Source of the DNA: a virus
DNA: 64,000 bases
Direction: 5' to 3' (one strand)
IMG/VR virus record: IMGVR_UViG_3300047160_002226
Span: 1 to 64,000 of that record
Each line of letters opens with the position of its first letter. The first letter of the stretch is position 1. The translations under genes were made by a program, and so were the position numbers. The notes beneath the pieces are model-generated. The model was not told the DNA's origin. It saw nothing but the letters and a program-made list of their open reading frames with translations, and did no database searches. Of the stretch, positions 1-9,800 are shown one piece after another.

Positions 1-220
1 CTGGAGCTGCTGTAACAAGCCTAGCAAAAGGAGCCAGAGAAGACTCTGCTACAGTATCAAGCGCTGCTGTAAGTGTCCTCCGCGCCGCACAGGAGGGCCT
101 GAATGCTGCTCAAGTGGCAGTTATTATCTTGGCAGTTTTCATATTTATCAATGCTGTCATAGCCTTCATTACACACAGGATGAGAACTGATCTCCACTAC
201 AAGAACCAGCAGAAGGAGAA

Positions 221-1051
221 GTGATGAAGCCTGTCATCCTGTTCCGCTCTGATAGGTCCCGTGAGGCCGACGAAGAGCGTGCTATCGCAGAGAAGTACTT
301 CTTTACCTGCGGGCTCAGGACAGATGTGCCACATGACAGCCTAGTCATTGCCCGCTATTCCTGTTTGCCCTACTACCGTGAGCTTGAGCTTGACCTCGCC
401 CACAAGGGTTCCCGCCTAATCAACGCATGGCCTCATCATCGGTGGATAGCGGACTTCGACTATTACGAGGAGTTGAAGGACTTCACCCCGCGAAGCTGGA
501 ACGACCGCAACTTCTACCAATGTGACTACCCTGGCCCGTTCGTCCTCAAGGGAGCTACGAACAGTAGGAAGCGCCAGTGGAAGACTCACATGTACGCCGA
601 GACGAAGCAGGACGCTGTCCGCGTAGCTTCTGAGCTAGCGAATGATCCCCTCATTGGGCCACAAGGAATCATCTACAGGGAGTTTGTAAAGCTCAAGACA
701 TTCGAGATAGATCCTATATGCGATCTACCAATCACAAACGAATGGCGCTTCTTCTTCATAGGCGACAAGCTCGTCAGCTACGGTTACTACTGGAGCACAG
801 CTACGGACCCTAGCCTTGGCATCATTTACCAGGAAGGTATTGACTTCGCCAAGTCCCTAGCTAAGATCGTCGCCAACCACACCACCTTCTTCGTCCTAGA
901 CATTGCGGAGAAGGAGGATGGCTCATGGGTGCTCATCGAGGTGAACGATGGGCAGATGTCTGGACTCTCTGAGACGGATCCCAACTTCTTCTACAATAGT
1001 CTGAGGACAGTTCTGAAAGCACATGGTCACAGCGACTACCACACCCATTGA
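221..1051 (+). CDS. ATP-grasp domain protein, R2K clade (DUF4343-like)
   Basis: Motifs GPFVLKG...SRK, EWRFFF and FFVLDIAEKEDGSWVLIEVNDGQMSG (ExN metal-binding motif) match R2K-type ATP-grasp ligases. Confidence 0.8.
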   Translation: MMKPVILFRSDRSREADEERAIAEKYFFTCGLRTDVPHDSLVIARYSCLPYYRELELDLAHKGSRLINAWPHHRWIADFDYYEELKDFTPRSWNDRNFYQCDYPGPFVLKGATNSRKRQWKTHMYAETKQDAVRVASELANDPLIGPQGIIYREFVKLKTFEIDPICDLPITNEWRFFFIGDKLVSYGYYWSTATDPSLGIIYQEGIDFAKSLAKIVANHTTFFVLDIAEKEDGSWVLIEVNDGQMSGLSETDPNFFYNSLRTVLKAHGHSDYHTH

Positions 1052-2096
1052 TGAGAACCTCCAGCGTAGACTCGACCTCGTGCGTAACTGCACCATTTAC
1101 GAGGTTGTGCATGGTAGTCACGCCTATGGGATGAACCTCCCCACAAGCGACGAGGACATCAAGGGCATTGCTATCATGCCAGATCCTCGCTATTACTTCG
1201 GTCTCCAGGTCTTTGAGCAGCAGGACGGCGGATGGGGTCAGGACAAGGTCATCTACCACCTCCCGAAGTTCATGAGGCTCGCTGGAGATTGCAACCCCAA
1301 TATCATCGAAGTTCTCTGCGTTGACGAGCAGAACATCCTCAAGATCACTCATGCTGGGCTCAAGCTCCGCGAGAACGCCAACCTCTTCCTCTCAAAGAAG
1401 GCCCGTCACACCTTCTCAGGCTATGCCGTGGCCCAGCTCAAGAGGATCGAGGCCCACAAGCGTTGGATCGACAATCCTCCAGAAAAGCCTATGGTGGAGG
1501 ATTTCACACATGAGAAGGAGGTCTACGTTGGGCCTCTTGGAACGACTCTCACAGAGGGGATGAAGGTCAAGAAGATCAGATCGGCTCCTCCTCCCGAAGC
1601 CTGGCGTTTCGACGCTTGGGCCTTGATCTCGTTTCCGTTTGCTCCCAAGCAGTTCTACGAGGACTACATCTACCCCCATCTTGGCAAGAAGTGGTACAAG
1701 CTCACTACCGAAGTCTTCGATAAGAGTGGATACGAGTCGAAGAAGAAGGATTGGGAGAACTATACCCGCTGGCGGAACGAACGGAATGAGAAGCGCGCTG
1801 AGCTTGAGAGACAGCACAGCTACGACACGAAACACGCGGCTCACCTCGTCCGTCTTATGAGGATGGGTTACGAGATCCTCACGGAAGGTGTCGTTCGCGT
1901 CAAGAGGCCCGATGCTGCAGAGCTTCTTGCCATCCGTGGCGGCGCTTGGCCCTACGAAAAGATTCTGGCGTATGCTGAGGAAATGGACGCTAAGCTAGCT
2001 GAGGCTGAGAAGACAAGTAGTCTTCCTTATGCCCCCCAATGGGATAAGATCGAACAACTCCAGATGGAGCTGATCGAAGAAGCTCTTGGCGCTTAA
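1023..2096 (+). CDS. Pol-beta superfamily nucleotidyltransferase (RlaP/YcgL/T4 NrdC.11-like)
   Basis: GSHAYGMNLPTSDEDIKG (GS...DxD), CNPNIIEVL, YDTKHAAHLVRL and LLAIRGG are hallmark motifs of this family. Confidence 0.9.
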   Translation: MVTATTTPIDENLQRRLDLVRNCTIYEVVHGSHAYGMNLPTSDEDIKGIAIMPDPRYYFGLQVFEQQDGGWGQDKVIYHLPKFMRLAGDCNPNIIEVLCVDEQNILKITHAGLKLRENANLFLSKKARHTFSGYAVAQLKRIEAHKRWIDNPPEKPMVEDFTHEKEVYVGPLGTTLTEGMKVKKIRSAPPPEAWRFDAWALISFPFAPKQFYEDYIYPHLGKKWYKLTTEVFDKSGYESKKKDWENYTRWRNERNEKRAELERQHSYDTKHAAHLVRLMRMGYEILTEGVVRVKRPDAAELLAIRGGAWPYEKILAYAEEMDAKLAEAEKTSSLPYAPQWDKIEQLQMELIEEALGA

Positions 2097-2149
2097 AACC
2101 CCGTCTCTCATATTGGCACGAGTGTGCCTTACGACAAGGAGAATTTAAC

Positions 2150-2335
2150 ATGACACACATGAACGGAAACGCAGGACACGATATGATGATGCGTAACGGC
2201 GTCATCGCATTGCTGGTCGTTGCGGCTCTCGTAATCGGCGCCCTGGTGTTTTTCAAGGGTTGCCCATACGGGAAGAAGATGATGGAGAAGGACAACAAGG
2301 CTGCGCCAGCGGCGCCTGCCGAACCCATGAAGTGA
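2150..2335 (+). CDS. small single-pass membrane protein
   Basis: AAGGAG ribosome-binding site upstream; one hydrophobic helix, GVIALLVVAALVIGALVFF. Confidence 0.65.
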   Translation: MTHMNGNAGHDMMMRNGVIALLVVAALVIGALVFFKGCPYGKKMMEKDNKAAPAAPAEPMK

Positions 2336-2389
2336 AAGAACCTCTGATTGCCATGTAATGGCAAATACTGTTTCCAAAAAGGCGGGTTA

Positions 2390-3229
2390 ATGGCAAGAAC
2401 TGTTTCCATCAAGGTCTACAACATCGGTCGTACGATGCTAGATCGAGGCGAGGTCCGTCAGTGGTTGACGGACCTCGCTGTTTCCGACGAGGCTATCACC
2501 AAGCTTCTCGACCCTGGCGTCACTGACTGTGCGAACCTCGTCAGGCTCGCTGGTAAGCGCTGCTACATGGCCTTCGAGGGTGATGGCAAGCTCAACCCGA
2601 ACGTCATGAAGGTTCGTGACGATATCGGGAAATACATTGACCATATCCTCGAATCGAAGCATGGTAGCGTCATTGAGCACATCTACTACAACTTCGCTAT
2701 CGAGGGTATCTCACGAGTTCTCACGGCTGAGCTAAACCGCCATCGAGCTGGTGTAGCTATCAGTGAGGGCTCGATGCGGTTCATCCGCTTCAAGGATCTG
2801 CCCTACTGGCTACCGACTTCTATCGAACACGACCAAGCTGATACGCCAGAGATCGCAGAGAAGAAGAAGCGCTCCCGTGCTGTCTTCCAGCGAGCTTTCT
2901 GGGAAGCGGAAGCTAACTACGCTGAGCTAGAGCAGATCTGGGGCGAAGATCTACTCCCTACCAGCAAGTTCCAGAAGAAGAAGCAAGTCACCTCCATGAT
3001 GCGCCGTATCGTCCCGATTGGGGTGTCTACAGGTGGCGTCTGGACCTTCAACTTCCGTGCTCTCCGTCACGTCTGCACCATGCGTGGTGATGTTGACTCT
3101 GCAGAGGAGGAGATCAATCTCCTAGCTCTCCTTCTCCTCAAGAAGATGATGTATTCTGAGATCCACTTCTTCTCGGACTTCTCGCAGAACGAGAAAGGAT
3201 CCTGGCAACCAAAGCACTGGAAGGTGTGA
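2390..3229 (+). CDS. thyX: FAD-dependent thymidylate synthase ThyX
   Basis: HGSVIEH, ISRVLTAELNRHR-x8-S (RHRx7-8S motif), NFRALRH and AEEEI. ATG 2390 preferred over the ORF-track TTG at 2348. Confidence 0.93.
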   Translation: MARTVSIKVYNIGRTMLDRGEVRQWLTDLAVSDEAITKLLDPGVTDCANLVRLAGKRCYMAFEGDGKLNPNVMKVRDDIGKYIDHILESKHGSVIEHIYYNFAIEGISRVLTAELNRHRAGVAISEGSMRFIRFKDLPYWLPTSIEHDQADTPEIAEKKKRSRAVFQRAFWEAEANYAELEQIWGEDLLPTSKFQKKKQVTSMMRRIVPIGVSTGGVWTFNFRALRHVCTMRGDVDSAEEEINLLALLLLKKMMYSEIHFFSDFSQNEKGSWQPKHWKV

Positions 3230-4156
3230 ATGGCTACCTACAGTCTTGTTACCCTCTGCTGCACAAAGGAAAGCCGTCTCTCCTGTCTACAGGCGCGCTC
3301 CATTGCGAAATACATGGAGCGCGGCCTTTTTAGGGAGATCGTTGTCATAGCCAACGAACCACCTAAGATGCCCGTAGGCTTCCATACAGAGCTTCGGACA
3401 AACTACGGTCACTACTTCAACCCCATCGTCAAGGTCATCAACGCTCATCAGTTGACCCCCGACTATCCAACAGAATCAAGCTGGTTCAGCCAGCAGGCTC
3501 TCAAGCTACTCGTTGCTAGGTTCGTCACGTCCGACTACTACATGGTCATTGACGCGAAGAACCACCTCGTCTTCCCTTTCAGTAGGAAAGATCTCGAAGC
3601 CAACGGGAAGCCAAGGAACTACTACCAAGGCTATGTTCCTCGTGTGGGCCATGTGCATTCGCTTCTGCCTTACCTTGAAGCATCAGCGAATTACTTCGGA
3701 CTGAATCCTAGAAAGTTCATACCTAAGTTCGTGCCTACAACGACACCATTCGTCATTCCGACTAGGATAGCTCGCGAGATGATGGAAAGAGTGGAATGGC
3801 AAGAGAACTGCTCTTTCGCAGAAGCATTCCTCAACATGAGGCCACGTCTGTCTGAGTTCTTTATGCTGGGCGCCTACATCGCTAGAGACCAGTTGCTCGA
3901 AGACGTGTATGATATGTCTGCTGACAAATACACAATCATCTGGAAAGAGGACCCATCGGATGAGCATGTAAGGCAGGAGATAGCCAGGACAGAAAAGGAA
4001 AAGCTCCCATTCTTCGCTATCCATCGGTCTGCTTTGCCGCTCCTCAAGCACGGTACACGCAACAGAATCGCTGATTTCTGGGTAAGGCGTGGTCTCTTTC
4101 ATACACGAAAAGCCGCCATCGCCAACCTAGAGCCTCAATACGAGATGGCAAGATGA
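3230..4156 (+). CDS. putative GT-A fold glycosyltransferase (DUF6492-like)
   Basis: WFSQQALKLLVA...YYMVIDAKN, TTTPF and SEFF motifs resemble DUF6492 proteins. Confidence 0.65.
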   Translation: MATYSLVTLCCTKESRLSCLQARSIAKYMERGLFREIVVIANEPPKMPVGFHTELRTNYGHYFNPIVKVINAHQLTPDYPTESSWFSQQALKLLVARFVTSDYYMVIDAKNHLVFPFSRKDLEANGKPRNYYQGYVPRVGHVHSLLPYLEASANYFGLNPRKFIPKFVPTTTPFVIPTRIAREMMERVEWQENCSFAEAFLNMRPRLSEFFMLGAYIARDQLLEDVYDMSADKYTIIWKEDPSDEHVRQEIARTEKEKLPFFAIHRSALPLLKHGTRNRIADFWVRRGLFHTRKAAIANLEPQYEMAR

Positions 4157-4371
4157 AAACGAAAGACAAGTACCTCGATGCCCTGGCAGAAGCGGTCTAC
4201 TGGCGTTGCCGTGTCACGGAGCTTCTGGAGACGGACCACGTTGAGTCCGCTAAGGTGCTCGATCTAATACTTGGTCAACTCAATCACGATATCACTGACG
4301 CTGAGACGGAAAGAGTGCTTAACCAAGTCTGTGAACTTGTACGAGCCTACGACGGGGCCGACCTTGACTAA
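4153..4371 (+). CDS. hypothetical protein
   Basis: ATGA overlap with the upstream gene; plausible helical composition. Confidence 0.6.
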   Translation: MKTKDKYLDALAEAVYWRCRVTELLETDHVESAKVLDLILGQLNHDITDAETERVLNQVCELVRAYDGADLD

Positions 4372-4723
4372 GGTAGCTATCGTCGGAAGCCGTGAATTTA
4401 AGCGGCTCGACTTGGTAATAGCTTACGTCAACGCATTACCACCAGATACGGTAGTTGTATCAGGCGGGGCGCGAGGCGTTGACAGGACGGCTGAGGAAGC
4501 CGCAGAGAAACGTGGCTTGACGACTCTGATCTTTCCCGCTGAATGGGACAAGTACGGGTTGCAAGCTGGCTTTCTTCGGAATCGCCTTCTCGTGAAGGCA
4601 TGTGATTACGTCTGCGCTTTTTACAACGGAACCTCAAGAGGAACGTGGGACACGATCCAGAAAGCCAAGAAGGCTGGTAAGAGGGTCGTCGTCGTCACTG
4701 ATACAGAACAGAGCGAAAAGTGA
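4364..4723 (+). CDS. SLOG family protein (DUF2493/YspA-related)
   Basis: VAIVGSR, VVSGGARGVD, AEWDKYG.AG.RN and SRGT.DTI motifs. Probable TTG start at 4364. Confidence 0.85.
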   Translation: MTKVAIVGSREFKRLDLVIAYVNALPPDTVVVSGGARGVDRTAEEAAEKRGLTTLIFPAEWDKYGLQAGFLRNRLLVKACDYVCAFYNGTSRGTWDTIQKAKKAGKRVVVVTDTEQSEK

Positions 4724-4790
4724 TTCGTTCTGCAAACGGAAAGGAGGGATACGATGACAGGTTCACTTCAACACTTCGGGGAGGACGAAG

Positions 4791-5165
4791 ATGTTCCTAT
4801 ACAGCCCCCAAGTATCGCTCCTGGCTATCTTCTTCGCTGCAGCAGCGCAGAACGCTCTGTGTGCTAAGTATCTGCGGATAGCTAGTCCAACGCGCAGGTT
4901 CTCAGCTACAGGCTTGAGCATGATCATCGCCTTCGTCGGGCTCTTCACTTGGAAGTACATCTTCAAGGACGATGCCTTTGACGGAGTCTGTTCGATCATC
5001 GCTTACGTTCTTGGTGACGGTCTAGGAACGTTCATTGGCCTGATACCAGAGCGTGCCAAGCCACCTGAGCCTCCTCTAGCAGCAGGTATTCCTGATGGCT
5101 TGAGCCACGCCGAAGCGACTTCACTCGTAGGCGAAGACGATGAAGTTGATGAAGTCCATTGTTAA
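4791..5165 (+). CDS. small multi-pass membrane protein
   Basis: Three hydrophobic segments, including AYVLGDGLGTFIG; GGAGG ribosome-binding site. Confidence 0.6.
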   Translation: MFLYSPQVSLLAIFFAAAAQNALCAKYLRIASPTRRFSATGLSMIIAFVGLFTWKYIFKDDAFDGVCSIIAYVLGDGLGTFIGLIPERAKPPEPPLAAGIPDGLSHAEATSLVGEDDEVDEVHC

Positions 5166-5170
5166 GGGAA

Positions 5171-5207
5171 GGCAGCGCGAAGCTTTGCGCTGCCCCCTTT
5201 CTTTTTT
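5171..5207 (+). terminator. Rho-independent terminator
   Basis: GGCAGCGC-loop-GCGCTGCC stem followed by CCCTTTCTTTTTT, immediately after a stop codon. Confidence 0.85.
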
Positions 5208-5219
5208 CACATTTCGCTA

Positions 5220-5249
5220 TTGACATCAAAGACCCATCCATTGCATACT
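5220..5249 (+). promoter_or_regulatory. sigma70-type promoter
   Basis: TTGACA (5220-5225), an 18-nt spacer and CATACT (5244-5249), just downstream of the terminator. Confidence 0.6.
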
Positions 5250-5344
5250 TCCTCTCGGCCTAAACGGGTGTAACGTAAGGGCTTGGTCGTTATCTCTACG
5301 ACAGTAACCGATAGGAATTCCTCTCAACGACGAAAGAAGACTGT

Positions 5345-5815
5345 ATGCCGACATCAGTGCAACGAAAGGGTGGAACCAGAGCAGAGGCACGTAAGCAGGG
5401 AATGACTCCTGGCGACATCCTTGCTTCGCTTCTACCGAACGCTCCCGACAAGTCCTCTTGGGACCAGTTCGATACCGACTTCGAGTCCCTGCGCGATTCG
5501 CAGGGATCGGTGCGGAGGGCGATGGAGGTAGAGCAGAAGTACCTCACGGCTATCACGGAATTTGTGCAGAAGCATGGTTCGCACGGCAATCCGTCGAAGC
5601 CGATGGAAGCCGTCCTCTACCGCCACAACTGGAAGTTCCACGTTGCTATTGATGCTGATGGCAAGGCACAGCTCTACATGCGTGACCTCAATACCTCAAA
5701 ATGCCCGCTTTGCAGGGTTGAGGTTGTCAACGGACAACGGTTCTGCGGGAGCTGCGGCGTGAAGCTGGAAACGTCTGCTATACTGCCCATGGAAGCGCAG
5801 CGTAGCGCGGCCTAG
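5345..5815 (+). CDS. hypothetical protein with C-terminal double zinc ribbon
   Basis: CPLC...FCGSCG. Confidence 0.7.
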   Translation: MPTSVQRKGGTRAEARKQGMTPGDILASLLPNAPDKSSWDQFDTDFESLRDSQGSVRRAMEVEQKYLTAITEFVQKHGSHGNPSKPMEAVLYRHNWKFHVAIDADGKAQLYMRDLNTSKCPLCRVEVVNGQRFCGSCGVKLETSAILPMEAQRSAA

Positions 5816-5828
5816 TCGCACACTCCTC

Positions 5829-5886
5829 GTAACGCTCCAGCCAGGACCCAGCTCCTCAGAACCTTGGCTGGGGCGTTACTTTGTAC
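5829..5886 (+). promoter_or_regulatory. hairpin followed by TGTAC (terminator or late-promoter candidate)
   Basis: GTAACGCTCCAGCCAGG pairs with CCTTGGCTGGGGCGTTAC; TGTAC at 5882-5886. Confidence 0.5.
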
Positions 5887-5914
5887 GTGGTAGGATCCCT
5901 TTTCCGAAAGGGGC

Positions 5915-6226
5915 TTGCCTATGTACATCGCTGGTGGAGAATCTCTCAACGCGGAAACCATCGCGGAGAACGCGATCCTGGTGCCCAAGGCTCTACCTGG
6001 ACGCTGCGCCTTCTGTCCAAGGAAGTTCGAGACAGGGGAGCGCATTGTGTTCTTCACAAGGAAGAAGCGCCAGATGCGGGTCATGAACAATGAGGAGGGT
6101 ATATCGGAGGTTGTTGAGCATCACACCATCCAGATCGAGAATGGTCATCTGGACTGTGTGACTCAGAACAAGGATTCGATTAGAGCTATCGTTCCAAAAC
6201 AAGCTATTACGAAGGGAAAATTCTGA
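5915..6226 (+). CDS. hypothetical Zn-binding protein
   Basis: CAFC...HLDC; fills the + strand gap between neighbouring genes. Confidence 0.6.
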   Translation: MPMYIAGGESLNAETIAENAILVPKALPGRCAFCPRKFETGERIVFFTRKKRQMRVMNNEEGISEVVEHHTIQIENGHLDCVTQNKDSIRAIVPKQAITKGKF

Positions 6227-6229
6227 ACA

Positions 6230-6769
6230 GTGAGCGAGCTGCCTAAGCACAGGTTGGCAAACAGGTTCATTGATACACGGGATGGGTGGTTCAACGTCCC
6301 TAAGAACCGACGCAAGAACGGTGTAACCCTCTGTAAGCTCTGTGGTGAGAAGACGTATAGCGACAAAGCGTACTGCCCTGCGCATGTTGAGCACATGCCG
6401 TACGCTGCGAGGTTGATGGCAGAGCTTGCACAGACCGATGACGAGATCAAGCAAGCGGAGCAGCTAGGCAGCTTCCACCACATTGACCCTTACGGCACGA
6501 TAGCTCAGGACGTTCTCAATTGGGTGGCTTGGGGCTCTCCTACGGAGCATCCTACCCACGTCTTTGGTCTCAGCTCGATTGCCCTGGGCAACTACATGCT
6601 AGCCCTCGTCAAAGCAGGACTCATTCATCTTCAAAAGCCACCACGAGCGCGGCACAAGGAAGTGCGCCGTATTTGCCTCACGCGACGAGGCGCACAGGTG
6701 ACAGGGCTTAACAGAACAAAACTCCTCCACGAAGAAGCAGTTATCTCTGTTACTGGCAGTAGTACGTGA
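6230..6769 (+). CDS. zinc-finger plus winged-helix-like DNA-binding protein
   Basis: CKLC...YCPAH at the N-terminus; the C-terminal LVKAGLI...RRICLTRRG resembles a MarR-type wing. Confidence 0.55.
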   Translation: MSELPKHRLANRFIDTRDGWFNVPKNRRKNGVTLCKLCGEKTYSDKAYCPAHVEHMPYAARLMAELAQTDDEIKQAEQLGSFHHIDPYGTIAQDVLNWVAWGSPTEHPTHVFGLSSIALGNYMLALVKAGLIHLQKPPRARHKEVRRICLTRRGAQVTGLNRTKLLHEEAVISVTGSST

Positions 6770-6841
6770 GCGCAACCGTCTCCTTCCTATGACTTGGCCC
6801 GCGTGCCCGCACTGTACTTTAGGGCAGATGGAGTCTCGACA

Positions 6842-9800
6842 ATGGAAGGCGACAATAAGCCTATCAACGAGCTTGAGGCGGTTCAGGCTAGTATCCGCGA
6901 CGTACTCAGTGAGGGCTCGAAGTCTATCCCTTCGGATCCTGATGTTACGTTCCACAAAGTAAAGCAGCTTGATGAACATGCGCTTGGCAAGCTCAAGGCG
7001 CTAGGACACCTTGGGCTTGCTGGTGCTGGGGCTTTGACAGCAGCGGGGGGTGCTCTAACAGCAGCGGGGGGTGCTCTAGGGGCAGGGATCTCTGGCTACC
7101 AGGCCATCGACAATAGTGCTAGAGAGAAGCCTTCCAAGAAGTCCGCAGCGATTGGGGTCGCTGGTTCAGCGGTCGTTGCTCATATGGGCGGAACCTACGC
7201 CCATTCTCAATGGCAGAAGGCCAAGAAGGCTTGGAAGGAATCACAAGAGGATCCTCAGCCTGATCCTAACGTCGTACCACGTCGTACTGGCCTTCGCGAA
7301 GCCATCAATGGCACGCTCACAGCAGAGCAGCTCGTAGAGTTCGCAGTGACGAGCATGGGCTATGACCAACAGGCAACAAACGCAATCTCGAATGCAGCTC
7401 GTATCGCAGCGCTTGAACCACCTGAGATCCACGATATCCAAGATCTAGCAGACACCATCGACTGGCGCTTGCTCAAGAAGGGCATCAGCACAGAGCACAT
7501 CGAGACGCAGATCCAGAACGACGGTAAGATCCTCGTTTTCCTCGATGATCGCGCCAAGCCGAAGATGGAGACGGTGAAGGAAATCCTCGCCAACTTCGGC
7601 ACAGTCAGCGTTCTCCAGAAAGCTTCTGATAGGAACGAAGAGACCAAGACAGTTGAAGGCTACTACGCCGTTCAGCTTGAACCTCTTGGTCTAGACGGCC
7701 TCCAGGCAGCTCACAACGCAACGACAGACCAGAAGGACGCGGATGACAAGATGGCCGATGTCCGTGGCCCCAATATCATGCCTGGTCCTGGGCTAGCTAC
7801 TCGTGGGGAATCTGTAGAAGATAACCAGATTGAAGGCGAGATCAAGAAGGAAGCACAAGCTCTCCTTTCTGACTTCGTTTTTAGCGCCTATGAGCCATTC
7901 TGTAGCTCATGTGGCTATCTCATCGAAGGTGCTCCCCCGAAGGACTTCCGTGCAGTGCAAGTTGATCGTGCCTCCCGTTTCGAGCGCATCGAGAAGCTCG
8001 TCGGAATGCCGCTCACAGAGCACGAGAGCATGGAAGAGACCTCGTCTGCCGATATGGCTTACATCCTTGGAGTGCAGGCTGGCCGACGCGGTGCTAAGCG
8101 GCACTACAGCGAAATGGTAGAGCGAAAGGCTGTAGGCGGGCCTCGTCCAGATACGATGGCGCGTATACAGGCGCTATCGAGGGATGTTGACGCTGTTAAG
8201 GCGAAGGCCACAGCAGAGCGCCAAAGGAAGCTCATGGCGCTACAACAGAAGCGCAATGAGAAGACAGCCAGCGCAGTAGCCAAGCTTTCTCAGATGAAGA
8301 AGCACGAGGAGCTTGGGCATCCATGGCTCCACGGCCACGGTTCACTGGCTGAGGCTTTCAGGTTCGGGTATCGCCTTGGATTTACAACATACCTCGAATC
8401 ACTCAAGCGCCGTAAGAAGAAGGCGATGGGTGCCGACTGTGAATCCGTTGAACCGATCTCAATCGTATGGCCTGCCCTCTCGCCTCTACAGGTCGCGTGC
8501 AAGCACTGCGCGACACCAGGGACGAAGCTCGATGAGCACAAGTTCAACGGGCTCTTCTGCGCTCGTCACGGCTCACACCTCGACAAGTACTCCCGCTCTT
8601 GCTACGAGTGTGAGAGCGAAGAACCAGAGTCCGCAAGCACCAAGACGCTTTGTCCAAGTTGCCTTTCAGAGACAACGGCTGAGGATGCAGCTTGCCCCGT
8701 TTGTGGTGTCGAGTTCGATGAAGGCACAGAGAGCTACGCAGAGCATATCGCATCTACAGAGTTTGCCGACATACCAGAAGCAGGGCATCCAGAGGGATGG
8801 GGCTTGAGCGTTGGAGGCAAGAAGAAGGAGCCCTCAAAGGACATCACCCAAGCTGTCTCACAAGCAGCAGCCAAGCATCACGAGGCTCCAAAGGTAGGCC
8901 CATCGAGGATCGTTCGGGGCCGAGAGAAATTCATGCACGGCTCAGAGTTCGAGCCGAAGAAGAAGAATGAAAGTGAGGACTCCGCAGGGGAAACAGATCC
9001 CTTTCGCGGACTCGCAGAATTCATAGCTGAACGTTACCCGCAGCTCTCGGAGCAAGCGCAACAGGGTCTCTTTGCAAAGGCAAAGGGCCTTCTAACGAAG
9101 TACGGCGGGCTCATCAAGAACGTCTGGGGCGCTTTCCGTGGCAAGGGTGGAGGAGCAGCGGCGCCAGCTCAAGGTGCAGCTCCCGCTCATGGTGCCGCTC
9201 CTGCTCCAGCCGCTCCTGCAGCAGTTCAAACTGCAGGCGCACCAGCAGCCCGTGCTGGAACGCCACCTCCCGTACAGCCACCTGCGGCTCCTGCTCCAGC
9301 GGCTCCAGGTCCAGCACCGCAGCCACAGGCCGTCGCACCGAGCGCGAAGGCAGCTTACAAGGCCAAGCGTGGTCAACAGAGGGCTCAAGCTGGTGTTCAG
9401 GCTGGTAAGTACACAGGAGCTTCGCAACAGGCCCAGGCTGGTGCTGCGCGCGCCGTCGTTGGACCAGGTAAACCTGGAGCTGTGTCTGGCTCTGTAGCTG
9501 GAAACGTGCAGCAAGCACGGGTCAACGTCGCACAGCAAGCGATTGCTCAAGGCAAGATGAGAACAGGCTTGCCTGGGCTGATCCAACGTGGGGGTGGTGC
9601 TGTTGCACAGGCTGGACGTTCTGTTGGTGGCGGCATTCAGAGAGCTGTGATGGGCCGCAACGTACTCCAGCGGGGTCCACAAGGCTTGCAGAAGGTTCGT
9701 CAAGGTGGCCTTGCAGGCGCCGCCAGGGGTGTCTTTGGAAGGGCTCAAGCAGCAAAGAAGTGGATGCTTGGGCAAAGTCTTGAAGACGTATCTGGCCTTC

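Noticed and set aside
1-220. Partial ORF and a possible 42-codon hydrophobic ORF at the window start
   Set aside because: Too short, and the latter needs a CTG start; not supportable.
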